A DNA stretch of 64,000 nt. It comes from Gemmatimonadales bacterium. GTDB taxonomy: Bacteria; Gemmatimonadota; Gemmatimonadetes; Gemmatimonadales; GWC2-71-9. A program made the translations under genes and the position numbers. The stretch spans positions 905-64,904 of the forward strand of contig DASTUF010000112.1 of the NCBI GenBank assembly GCA_035759745.1, read 5' to 3'. The notes beneath the pieces were generated by a model. The model saw only the letters and a list, made by a program, of their open reading frames with translations. It was not told the origin of the DNA and made no database searches. Every line of letters starts with the position of its first letter. Position 1 is the first letter of the stretch. Below, one piece after another: positions 1 to 8,496 of the stretch.

Positions 1-224
1 CCGGCGGGCACGCGCAGTTCGCCGAACTGGCCTGAGTCCACCCCGTAAGCGGCACGCAAGTCCGGTGCGTCGGCCGGGACGGCGGTGAGTTCCTGGGGCG
101 TCATCAATCGTGCCGGACCAGATGCATCGCGGGCAGGCGACGCCGTCCGACGCGCGCAGGCGGCAGTGAATGCAAGGGCTGCGGCGACCAGCACCACTCG
201 GACCCTCCCGATGTCATTCGCCAT
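1..224 (-). CDS. Partial (N-terminal part only) exported lipoprotein, esterase/alpha-beta-hydrolase-like
   Basis: Reverse-strand ORF with ATG at 224-222 that runs off the window edge, so it has no stop and is absent from the ORF track. Translation MANDIGRVRVVLVAAALAFTAAC... has a signal peptide and lipobox. The later ...YGVDSGQFGELRVPAG resembles esterase N-termini. Confidence 0.4.
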   Translation of the reverse strand, partial: MANDIGRVRVVLVAAALAFTAACARRTASPARDASGPARLMTPQELTAVPADAPDLRAAYGVDSGQFGELRVPA

Positions 225-340
225 GGCACACATATGCATCTCATTGTCCAGCTTCGCAATCCTCCCCTTGCCGCCCCCCTTCACCCGCCCATATACTGAA
301 ACACCGCCCTGCAAGCATTTGTCTCACCCGGGAGTGCCCC

Positions 341-2260
341 ATGTCCCAGCCACTCACTCGCCTCACCCAGCCGCTCGTTCGCGAGGGTGGAGTCCTCCGT
401 CCCGCCTCCTGGGAGGCCGCGCTCGATCGCGCCGCCGAGGGGTTCCGGAAGGCGAAGGATCAGCACGGAGGCGATGCTCTCGCGACCATGAGCTGCTCCA
501 AGGCCAGCAACGAGATGAACTACCTGGCCGCGAAGCTCACGCGGGTTGCGTTCGGCACCCACAACATCGACAGCTGCAACCGAACGTGACACGCTCCTAG
601 CGTCGTCGGTCTGGCGACGGTGTTTGGTGCCGGTGGGGGGACGACCTCCTACCGCGAGGTGGAAGAGACCGACGTCATCTTCCTCTGGGGAGCGAACGCC
701 CGGGAAAACCACCCGATCTTCTTCCATCATGTCCTGAAGGCGCTCCACCGCGGCGCGAAGCTCTTTGCCGTGGATCCGCGCCGCACGGCCTCGGCCCAGT
801 GGGCCGACGACTGGCTCGGCCTCCATGTGGGCACCGACATCGCCCTTGCTCATGCGATGGCTCGGGTGATCATCCACGCCGGTCTCGCCAACGAGGAGTT
901 CATCCGGCGGGCGACGACCGGCTACGAGGAATATCGCCAGGAGGTGGAGCAGTTCCCGCTCGATGTGGCGGAGCGGATCACCGGCGTCCCGGCCGAGGTG
1001 ATCGAGCGCGCTGCGCTGACCTACGCCCGCGCCGGACGTGCCGTGATCTGCTGGACCCTCGGCATCACCGAGCACCACAACGGGACCGACAACGTCTTCG
1101 CCCTGATCAACCTGTCGCTGCTGACCGGCCACATGGGGCGCTACGGCTCGGGCCTCAGCCCCCTCCGGGGCCAGAACAACGTGCAGGGTGGCGGCGACAT
1201 GGGCGCGATTCCCAACCGGCTGGTCGGGTTCCAGGACTGGACCACCGACGCCGACGTGCGCCAGCGGTTCGAGCGCGCGTGGAACACCACGCTGAAGCCG
1301 GAGTACGGCAAGAATCTCTCGGAGATGTTCGAGGCGATGGAGCATGGCGAGATCCGCGCGGTCTATGCCATCGGCGAGAACCCGGCGCGCTCTGAAGCCG
1401 ACCAGGGCCGCGCCGAACGCCTGATTCGCGGCCTCGACCACCTGGTGGTGCAGGACATCTTCCTCACCCGGACGGCGGAGCTGGCCACCGTGGTGCTGCC
1501 GGCCTCGGCCAGCTGGTGCGAAGCGGAAGGCACCGTCACCAACAGCGAGCGCCGGGTACAGCGGGTGCGCAAGGCGCTGGATCCGCCGTTCGACGCCCGC
1601 GACGACATGTGGATCATCGCCGAAATCGCCCAGCGCCTGGGCTACGATTGGGGGCACCCGACCGCCGAGGAGCTCTGGAACGAGCTGCGGACCCTCGCAC
1701 CTATGTTTGCGGGAATGAGTTACGAGCGGCTGGAAAAGGAAGGCGGGCTGCAGTGGCCCTGCTACGACGAGAATCATCCAGGCGAGCTGTTCCTGCACTC
1801 GCGGCTCTGGGCCGAGCCGCGCGGTGGCCCGCCGGCGCCATTCATGGCGGTGAAGCACGAGATGCCGGTTGAGATGCCGGACGACGAATATCCGTTCCAG
1901 CTCACCACCGGTCGGCGGCTCGACTCCTACAACACCGGGGTTCAGTCCAGTGGCTACACTTCCCCGCTCCGGCGCGGCGAATCGGTGGACATGTCGCCCG
2001 AGGACGTGGCCCGCCTCGGCTTCGCCGATGGCGAGCGTGTGCGCATCTCGTCACGGCGAGGCAGCGTGACCGCCCCGGTGCGAATCGACCACAGCCTCAG
2101 GCCCGGACTGGTGTTCATGACCTTCCATTTCCAGGACGACGTGCGCACCAACCTGCTCACCATCGACGCCACGGACCCGAAGTCGGGCACCGCCGAGTTC
2201 AAGGCGTGCGCAGTGCGGATTGATCCGGTCGAAGCCACCGTCACCGCCTCGATAGCCTGA
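341..2260 (+). CDS. fdhA: Formate dehydrogenase catalytic Mo/W-bisPGD subunit, selenocysteine-containing (C-terminal part of a split FdsA/FdhA)
   Basis: ORFs 170..589 and 620..2260 are in the same frame and are separated only by TGA 587-589. The joined product reads ...THNIDSCNRT-U-HAPSVVGL..., matching the E. coli FdhF CARV-U-HGPSVAGL active site. It also has RGQNNVQGGGDMG and a C-terminal ...TAEFKACAVRI. The likely start is ATG 341 (MSQPLTRL). Confidence 0.85.
587..630 (+). promoter_or_regulatory. UGA-Sec codon plus bacterial SECIS hairpin
   Basis: The stem C601-C607 pairs with G613-G619 (one G-U pair) and the apical loop is GGUCU. GGUCUG begins 19 nt after the UGA, the same sequence and spacing as the E. 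coli fdhF SECIS. Confidence 0.7.
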
Positions 2261-2263
2261 GCC

Positions 2264-4099
2264 GTGGACCTTCATCTCCTCGACGCCGAACCGATCGCCG
2301 AAGAGCGCGACGCCATTGACCAGCTTCTTGGTTCGGAGGCAGGCGGATGGACTGGGGGAGAACGCACCGCGACCGATCATCATAGCGCGGCGGGCGGGCA
2401 TGCAGCGCGAGACCAGCGGCACCTGCTGCTGCCGGCGTTGCGCGCGCTGCAGTTACGGGTGGGCTGGATCAGCGAGGGTGGCCTCAACTACATCTGCGAG
2501 CGGCTGACCATTCCTCCGGCTGACGCCTACGGCGTCGCCACCTTCTATGCGCTGCTCTCCACAACGCCGCGCCCGCCGCGAGTCGTCCATGTCTGCGACG
2601 ACATCGCGTGCCGCACCCGCGGCGCGGACCGCCTCTGCGACGAACTCGAGAAGAATGTCGGCAAGAGCGGCTGGCTTCGCAGTCCCTGCCTGGGCCTGTG
2701 CGAGCAGGCACCGGCCGCCTTCCTCACGGAGGCGGGCCCGGAGCCGGTAGAGCTGCTCTTCGGCGGAGCCACGGCCGCGTCAGTCGCCAGGGTGCTGGCG
2801 GGCGACCACGCGCCAGCGAAGCTGCCCCACCTCCCGCTGCCGCAGGCGGGCAGCCTGGATCTCGGGCTGCTGCGGCGGATCGGGATCGTCGATCCGTCGA
2901 GCTTCGAGGACTATCGGGCCCACGATGGGTACAAGTCGCTGGCGAAGGCGGCGCACCTGGGTCCCGAAGGGGTGCGCAAGGAAGTAACCGACGCTCGGCT
3001 GGCCGGGCGCGGCGGCGCCGCGTTCCCCACCGGCAGGAAGTGGGACGCGGTGGCGCAGCAGGCCGAGACCGAGCGGTACATCATTGCCAACGCAGACGAA
3101 TCGGAGCCGGGTACGTTCAAGGACCGGGTGGTGATGGAAGGCGACCCGTTCAGCGTGATCGAGGCGATGACTATCGCGGGGTACGCGACCGGTGCCGAGA
3201 AGGGCTACATCTATCTCCGGGGCGAGTATCCGCTGGCGCGCGAACGGTTGCAGCACGCGATTGAGGAGGCGCGCTCGAACGGCATGCTGGGCGAGTCGGT
3301 GCATGGGCTGGGCGTGAAATTCGACATCGAGCTGCGGGTCGGCGCCGGGGCGTACATCTGCGGGGAAGAGACGGCGATCTTCAACTCGATCGAGGGTTAT
3401 CGGGGCGAGCCGCGAAACAAGCCGCCCTTCCCGGTCGAAGCGGGACTCTTCGGCAAGCCCACGGTCGTCAACAACGTCGAGACCCTGATCAACGTACTCG
3501 AGATCCTGCGCGTGGGCGGCGCGAAGTACGCCGAGACCGGCAGCGGTGTCTCGACCGGGCCACGGTTGTTCTGCCTGTCGGGATCGGTGCAACGCCCCGG
3601 GGTGTATGAAGTGGCGCATGGAACCTCGCTGCGCGACCTCATTGCGCTGGCCGGCGGCGTGGCCGGCGGACGCGAGCTCCGGGCGGTGTTGCTGGGTGGT
3701 GCCGCGGGCGGGTTCATCCGGCCCGAGGAAATTGACATGCCGCTCACCTTCGAGGCCACCCGTGCGGCGGGCAGTACGCTGGGCTCGGGCGTGGTCATGC
3801 TGTTCGACGACCAGGTGGACCTGGTGGACATCCTGCGCCGCATCGCCGCTTTCTTCCGCGACGAATCGTGCGGCCAGTGTGTTCCCTGCCGGGTGGGGAC
3901 GGTGCGGCAGGAAGAGGCGCTGCACCGGATCCTGGCCGGCAAGCCGAAGGGCGGCATGGCCACGGAGCGGGCATTGCTGGAGGAGATCGGGCTGGCGATG
4001 AAGGACGCGTCGATCTGCGGACTGGGCCAGACCGCCTATGGCGCCGTCGAGTCGGCCATCAAGCGACTCGGCCTTTTCGAGCAAGCGGCTGCCTCATGA
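2264..4099 (+). CDS. NuoE-like/NuoF-like fusion (diaphorase subunit of NAD-dependent formate dehydrogenase, FdsG-FdsB type)
   Basis: The N-terminal part has thioredoxin-like 2Fe-2S motifs (HVCDDIACR ... CLGLCEQAP). The C-terminal part has the NuoF FMN/NAD motifs (GRGGAAFPTGRKW, GAGAYICGEETA) and the 4Fe-4S motif ESCGQCVPCR. It starts 4 nt after the fdhA stop. Confidence 0.85.
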   Translation: MDLHLLDAEPIAEERDAIDQLLGSEAGGWTGGERTATDHHSAAGGHAARDQRHLLLPALRALQLRVGWISEGGLNYICERLTIPPADAYGVATFYALLSTTPRPPRVVHVCDDIACRTRGADRLCDELEKNVGKSGWLRSPCLGLCEQAPAAFLTEAGPEPVELLFGGATAASVARVLAGDHAPAKLPHLPLPQAGSLDLGLLRRIGIVDPSSFEDYRAHDGYKSLAKAAHLGPEGVRKEVTDARLAGRGGAAFPTGRKWDAVAQQAETERYIIANADESEPGTFKDRVVMEGDPFSVIEAMTIAGYATGAEKGYIYLRGEYPLARERLQHAIEEARSNGMLGESVHGLGVKFDIELRVGAGAYICGEETAIFNSIEGYRGEPRNKPPFPVEAGLFGKPTVVNNVETLINVLEILRVGGAKYAETGSGVSTGPRLFCLSGSVQRPGVYEVAHGTSLRDLIALAGGVAGGRELRAVLLGGAAGGFIRPEEIDMPLTFEATRAAGSTLGSGVVMLFDDQVDLVDILRRIAAFFRDESCGQCVPCRVGTVRQEEALHRILAGKPKGGMATERALLEEIGLAMKDASICGLGQTAYGAVESAIKRLGLFEQAAAS

Positions 4100-5064
4100 C
4101 GGCACTGATTCCCATCCAACCGCTGCGGAAGCGCATCGAGATCACCGTCGACGGCAGGCCGGTCTCGGTGCCGGAAGGCAGCACCATTCTGGATGCCTGC
4201 CGCCAGTCCGACATCGAGGTGCCGACGCTGTGCTATCTCGACACGCTTCATCCCGTCAACGTCTGCCGGGTGTGCGTGGTGGAGGTCGAGGGTTCGCGGG
4301 TGCTGGTGCCGAGCTGCTCGCGGAAGGTAGAACCGGGAATGGTGGTGAAGACCGATTCGGAGCGGGTGCGCCACAGCCGGAAGATGGTGCTGGAGTTCCT
4401 GGCATCTTCGGTGGACCTCTCGACCACGCCCGAGGTGGCGGAGTGGCTCGCCGATTACGCGGCCGATCCCGAGCGCTACGGCCCGCCTGCTCCGCCGAGC
4501 GCCGCCGGCGAGCGGGACAGCCACGGGCCGGGGCATCATGAGGCGGTCGCGCCGGGATTCCGTGCGACCGTGGCGCAGCCGGTCAAGCTGGACAACGACC
4601 TCTATATCCGCGACTACGGCAAGTGCATCCTCTGCTACAAGTGCGTCGAGGCGTGCGGCAAGGATGCCCAGAACACCTTTGCCCTGACGGTGGCGGGACG
4701 GGGGTTCGACGCGAGGATCTCGACCGAGTTCGCGGTGCTTCTGCCCCAGTCGGCCTGCGTGTATTGCGGCAACTGCATCGGAGTGTGCCCCACCGGGGCG
4801 CTGATGTTCAAGACCGAGTTCGACCGCCGGGCGGCCGGCACCTGGGACGAATCGGCGCAGGAAGTCACCACCACCATCTGTCCCTACTGCGGCGTGGGTT
4901 GCAACCTCGAGCTCCACGTCCAGGGCAACGAGATCGTCAAGGTCACCTCGCCGCTGGACCACTCGGTGACTTCGGGCAACCTCTGCATCAAGGGTCGCTT
5001 CGGCTGGAAGTTCGTGCAGAGCCGCGGGCCGGTGCGCCAGTCGGAGGGTGTGGACCGGGGCTGA
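4096..5064 (+). CDS. NuoG-like Fe-S domain protein (N-terminal part of the split FdsA/FdhA)
   Basis: ATG 4096 overlaps the upstream stop (ATGA). It has a 2Fe-2S region (CRVCVVEV), two ferredoxin-type motifs (CILCYKCVEAC, CVYCGNCIGVCP), then the Mo-enzyme N-terminal 4Fe-4S CPYCGVGC...LCIKGRFGW. The protein ends at that point. Confidence 0.8.
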   Translation: MTALIPIQPLRKRIEITVDGRPVSVPEGSTILDACRQSDIEVPTLCYLDTLHPVNVCRVCVVEVEGSRVLVPSCSRKVEPGMVVKTDSERVRHSRKMVLEFLASSVDLSTTPEVAEWLADYAADPERYGPPAPPSAAGERDSHGPGHHEAVAPGFRATVAQPVKLDNDLYIRDYGKCILCYKCVEACGKDAQNTFALTVAGRGFDARISTEFAVLLPQSACVYCGNCIGVCPTGALMFKTEFDRRAAGTWDESAQEVTTTICPYCGVGCNLELHVQGNEIVKVTSPLDHSVTSGNLCIKGRFGWKFVQSRGPVRQSEGVDRG

Positions 5065-5917
5065 CCACACGCTGCGGGTGGGTGTAGACGGTCAGCCGGT
5101 CCTTCCGCGCAAAACCCACCAGCGTCATTCCTGACTCTCGCGCCACCCGCACCGCCAGTGCCGTAGGTCCCGAGATCGCCGCCAGGATCGGCGCGCCCAG
5201 TGCACTCGCCTTCTGCACCATCTCGAAGCTGGCCCTGCTGGTCACCACCACGAATCCCTCGTCGGCATTCACCTTCTGCTTCAGCGCCGCGCCCACCAGC
5301 TTGTCGAGCGCGTTGTGGCGGCCTACGTCCTCGCGGGCGAGCGTGATGGTGCCGTCGAGCGTGGCCCAGCCGGCGGCGTGGACCGCGCCCGACTCGCGAT
5401 TGAGGCGCTGATGCTCGGTGAGCGTGTCCAGCGCACGGTGAATGACGCCTGGCTCCACTGGCCGTCCTGGCGCCACCGTGTGGAGTGTCTTCAGGACTCC
5501 TTCGAGATCGTTGGCTCCGCAGATTCCGCAACCGGTGCGGCCCGACAGCCGCCGGGCGCGGGATTCGATCTCCTTCGCGCGCTGGTGGGAGATCGAGATT
5601 TTCACCTCTATGCCCCGGCTCAGCCGCTCGACCGTGACGCCGAGCAGCTCATCGGGTGACGCGACCAGTTCCTCGGTGATGCTGAATCCGACGGCGAAAT
5701 CCTCGAGGTCCTCGGGCGTCGCCATCATCACCACGTGGGGCACGTGGTTGTACACCAGCACGACAGGGGTCTCCTCGACGATGCTGCCCTGCGTGGTGGT
5801 CTCCCTCCCGTCCCTCCATTCGACCGCCTCCACCTCCAGCAGCGGGCCGGCGTGACCCAACCGTCGGAAACCGGCCGGTCCCAGGGGGCCACTGGAGCTG
5901 TCAGAGGTCGGTGCCAT
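4988..5917 (-). CDS. fdhD: Formate dehydrogenase accessory sulfurtransferase FdhD
   Basis: Carries the signature SGRTGCGICG and ...GRHNALDKL.... It is convergent with the FDH genes. The C-terminal tail overlaps the 3' end of 4096..5064. Confidence 0.85.
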   Translation of the reverse strand: MAPTSDSSSGPLGPAGFRRLGHAGPLLEVEAVEWRDGRETTTQGSIVEETPVVLVYNHVPHVVMMATPEDLEDFAVGFSITEELVASPDELLGVTVERLSRGIEVKISISHQRAKEIESRARRLSGRTGCGICGANDLEGVLKTLHTVAPGRPVEPGVIHRALDTLTEHQRLNRESGAVHAAGWATLDGTITLAREDVGRHNALDKLVGAALKQKVNADEGFVVVTSRASFEMVQKASALGAPILAAISGPTALAVRVARESGMTLVGFARKDRLTVYTHPQRVVSPGPHPPTGAPARGSARTSSRSDP

Positions 5918-5984
5918 GCTCGAATATATGGCTGCGGCTGGGTACGCGGCTGTTGCTGGGCGCTTGCAACCGCAAAGCCGCTTT

Positions 5985-6016
5985 AGCGGCAGAGCCGAGC
6001 GGCGGCTTCAGCCGCC
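5985..6016. repeat. 32-nt direct repeat, copy 1 (AGCGGCAGAGCCGAGCGGCGGCTTCAGCCGCC)
   Basis: 30 of 32 positions match 6594..6625 in the same orientation. It contains the small hairpin GCGGC-TTCA-GCCGC. Confidence 0.7.
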
Positions 6017-6077
6017 GAGAGGGTAGTTGACGCCTCCTGTACCACTGCGCACGTTGGGAAGACCACAGGAGGTGGAT

Positions 6078-6494
6078 ATGGCAACCCAGACAATTGAAGC
6101 CGAAGTGATGGAGCTCGAGAACCGCTTCTGGCAGGCGATGAAGGACAACGACGTGGATACGATGGTGGAACTCACCGACGAGCCGTGCGTGCTCACTGGC
6201 CCCCAGGGCCTCGGCCTGATCGACCGGAAGGCGCTCGCCGGCATGATGAAGGACGCCACATACACGCTGGACAGCTTCGAGATCAAGGAAGGTGTCAAAT
6301 TCAGGCAGGTGGGCGACGATATAGCCATCGTCGGTTACACCGTCCACGAGGAACTCACGGTCGACGGGGAGCAGATCACGCTCGATGCCGTCGATGCGAC
6401 CACCTGGGTGCGCACGGATGGACATTGGCGCGCCGCTTCGCACAGCGAATCGATCCTGGGCGATCCGTTCGGCCGGGATCGCAAACCGGTGTGA
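6078..6494 (+). CDS. NTF2-like / SnoaL-like (DUF4440-type) protein
   Basis: ATG 6078 follows GGAGG. The protein MATQTIEAEVMELENRFWQAMKDNDVD...TWVRTDGHWR is typical of the SnoaL/DUF4440 fold. Confidence 0.7.
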   Translation: MATQTIEAEVMELENRFWQAMKDNDVDTMVELTDEPCVLTGPQGLGLIDRKALAGMMKDATYTLDSFEIKEGVKFRQVGDDIAIVGYTVHEELTVDGEQITLDAVDATTWVRTDGHWRAASHSESILGDPFGRDRKPV

Positions 6495-6520
6495 GGGCGG
6501 TTGAGAAGGCACGGCAGTCA

Positions 6521-6567
6521 GGGCGCTCCCCTCTGGCAGATACGTGACCTGCCTGCGGGGAGCGCCC
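6521..6567. repeat. Palindromic hairpin element, copy A (conserved 25-nt loop)
   Basis: The 11-bp arms GGGCGCTCCCC / GGGGAGCGCCC flank the loop TCTGGCAGATACGTGACCTGCCTGC. The loop is the reverse complement (24 of 25) of the loop at 51278..51302. Confidence 0.75.
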
Positions 6568-6593
6568 CGACCGCCGTATCCCGACGCCACTTC

Positions 6594-6625
6594 AGCGGCA
6601 GAGCCGAGTTGCGGCTTCAGCCGCT
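6594..6625. repeat. 32-nt direct repeat, copy 2
   Basis: AGCGGCAGAGCCGAGTTGCGGCTTCAGCCGCT; see 5985..6016. Confidence 0.7.
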
Positions 6626-6641
6626 GTTCGGCGGTCGTGCC

Positions 6642-7178
6642 TCAGAACCGCGCCGAGAGTCCCAGCCGCGCCCCATTGGGGCCGGGCGAGACGAGCAACG
6701 TTACAGCCGGGGGATTCGGCTCCACTGGTTCCCACCGATCCGTGGTCATCAGCGTGCCAAGGCCGGCGCCCACCACGCCGCCCAACCCGGTGGTCAGTAC
6801 CACGGCGAGCGGGAACGCTGCCGCTGGCAGGTCGTCCCAACATTCATCCCCCTCGGCGAGGCACCCGACCGCGAGCGCGGTTCCCATCCCTGCGCCGACG
6901 ATGGCGCCGTACTTGATACCCCGGAGGGTGTTGGACTTCCGGCCTCGGCTAATGTCGAGCCGGGTGACGTGGTCGCGCGCAACGGCCACTTCGCGACGAT
7001 CGGACATCAGGTACAATGAGTCGGCGCTGCTGCGGAGGAGGGTGCCAGTGAGCCAGCCGGATCCGGGACCCTGCTTCACGCGAATGCGGGACTGCGGGGG
7101 AGGGTCGGCGCTCTGCGCCACCAGAGGGACAGCGACAGAGCCTGCGAGCAGAACGAGAAGGCAGCCGATGCGAAACAT
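6642..7178 (-). CDS. Hypothetical secreted/membrane protein with glycine-zipper segments
   Basis: Signal peptide MFRIGCLLVLLAGSVAVPLVAQS. Gly-rich hydrophobic stretches (GAIVGAGMGTALAVG, GLGGVVGAGLG). The start is uncertain: 7178 or 7223. Confidence 0.55.
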   Translation of the reverse strand: MFRIGCLLVLLAGSVAVPLVAQSADPPPQSRIRVKQGPGSGWLTGTLLRSSADSLYLMSDRREVAVARDHVTRLDISRGRKSNTLRGIKYGAIVGAGMGTALAVGCLAEGDECWDDLPAAAFPLAVVLTTGLGGVVGAGLGTLMTTDRWEPVEPNPPAVTLLVSPGPNGARLGLSARF

Positions 7179-7241
7179 GGTAAGCACTCCGGGCCAGGGT
7201 GAGTACTGGCGGGAGTGTGCCATCGGCCGGTCAAGCGAAGG

Positions 7242-7589
7242 TCAAGCGGCGCTGCCGCCCAGGTTCTCCTGGATGAACCGGGGGCTAAGGTGCACGTCTA
7301 CCTGCACCAACGGCAGGTCGCCGATGGACTTGAACTCGTGTACCTCGCCGGCCTTGATGACCAGGATGTCGCCGGCGCCGGCCTCGAATTCCTCGCCATT
7401 TACTACATAGCGGCCTCGGCCCTCGCGAATGAACTGGATCTCATCGTAGGGATGGCGGTGGGGCCCGGGCCCTCGGCCGGGTGCGCCATTGAAGAGAAAG
7501 ACCGAGATGCCAGTGTCACCCTGGTCGGCGCCGACGAAGTTGTGGGAGCTTCCCACCAGGGGCAGGTCCTGCTGACGAATTCGGTGCAT
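7242..7589 (-). CDS. Cupin domain protein
   Basis: Cupin motifs GPGPHRHPYDEIQFIREG and GDILVIKAGEVHEF. Confidence 0.75.
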   Translation of the reverse strand: MHRIRQQDLPLVGSSHNFVGADQGDTGISVFLFNGAPGRGPGPHRHPYDEIQFIREGRGRYVVNGEEFEAGAGDILVIKAGEVHEFKSIGDLPLVQVDVHLSPRFIQENLGGSAA

Positions 7590-7611
7590 GCCGGGATTCA
7601 GTTGACAGTGG

Positions 7612-8496
7612 TCAAGGTTGCGCCAGCCGCGCCATCAGCGCATCAGCCATCCGCGATGCAGCCTGGGGTATGAGATCGAAGCTCAGCACCGGCTCGATGA
7701 GCTCCAGCTCCATCACCACCAGCCGCCCATTCAAGCGAGCCAGGTCGAGCCGGGCATAGAGCAGCCCGGGAGGGAGCATCGAGTAGATCGCGTCGGCGGC
7801 GGCGAGGTCTGCGTTGGAAGCCTCGGCCAGCGCCAGGGTTCCGCCGTAGATCTCCTGCACCCGGTAGTCGCCCTCGGCGGGCAGTTTTCGCAGCGCGTGA
7901 CTGAACGCGCCGTCGATATAGACGAACGACCATTCGCCTTCGGTGACGACGCTGTCGAGCAGCGGCTGCACCAGCAGGCCCGGTGCCAGTTCCTTCTCGA
8001 CGTCGCGCACCGCAGCTCGGCGCACGCCCGACCCGCCCGCGCCGACCGCCGGCTTGAGCACTGCCTCCCCGGCGCCGAGTTTCTCGAGTGAACTGCGGAT
8101 CGCGGCCGGCTCGTCGCGTCCTGCCTGCCAGGTGGGCACTGTCGGCATCCCCCGGTGCGCGATTTCCAGCAGGTAGCGCTTGTCGCTGTTCCAGCGCACC
8201 ACTTCGAGCGGATTGAAGATCCGGCACCCGGCAGAGTCGATGGCGCTGAGGGTGTCGAGAAAGCCGTCCCGGTCATCGATGTAGTCGAAGGTGGCGCGAA
8301 TGGCGGCGGCGTCGAAGTCCGCCCAGTGTGTGCCGTTGCCCTTCCACGCCAACTGTTCGGCGCGGGCGCCGCGAGCGTTGAGCTCGCGCACCAGGAGGGC
8401 CTCGTCGGCATACAGCGCCTCGGAATGGACCATGTCGGGAGTGACGTGGGAAGGAAGCTGGGCGCCCTGGAGCACGGCGATGCGGGGGTGATTCAA
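7612..8496 (-). CDS. ATP-grasp domain protein (RimK / glutathione-synthetase-like)
   Basis: The C-terminal half resembles the ATP-grasp fold (...AVLKPAVGAGGSGV..., ...EGEWSFVYIDG..., ...RLDLARLNGRLVVMELELIEP...). The proposed start is TTG 8496, which overlaps the upstream stop (TTGA). The long ORF reaches 8652, but that stretch overlaps the upstream gene. Confidence 0.6.
   Translation of the reverse strand: MNHPRIAVLQGAQLPSHVTPDMVHSEALYADEALLVRELNARGARAEQLAWKGNGTHWADFDAAAIRATFDYIDDRDGFLDTLSAIDSAGCRIFNPLEVVRWNSDKRYLLEIAHRGMPTVPTWQAGRDEPAAIRSSLEKLGAGEAVLKPAVGAGGSGVRRAAVRDVEKELAPGLLVQPLLDSVVTEGEWSFVYIDGAFSHALRKLPAEGDYRVQEIYGGTLALAEASNADLAAADAIYSMLPPGLLYARLDLARLNGRLVVMELELIEPVLSFDLIPQAASRMADALMARLAQP

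Noticed and set aside
587-589. TGA at 587-589 read as a genuine stop, making fdhA a pseudogene or two separate genes.
   Set aside because: The two ORFs are in the same frame. The TGA sits at the known Sec position of FdhF-type enzymes, and an fdhF-like SECIS with identical spacing follows. Recoding is the simpler explanation.
281-1858. Long antisense or alternative-frame ORFs overlapping well-supported genes. Examples: 281..1858(-), 2780..4084(-), 23527..25263(-), 45898..47616(-), 55084..56232(-), 57756..58985(+), 59757..61580(+), 61445..62923(+).
   Set aside because: In very GC-rich DNA, stop codons are rare in every frame. These translations are Arg/Pro/Gly/Ala-rich with no recognisable motifs, and the opposite or alternate frame carries clear family signatures.
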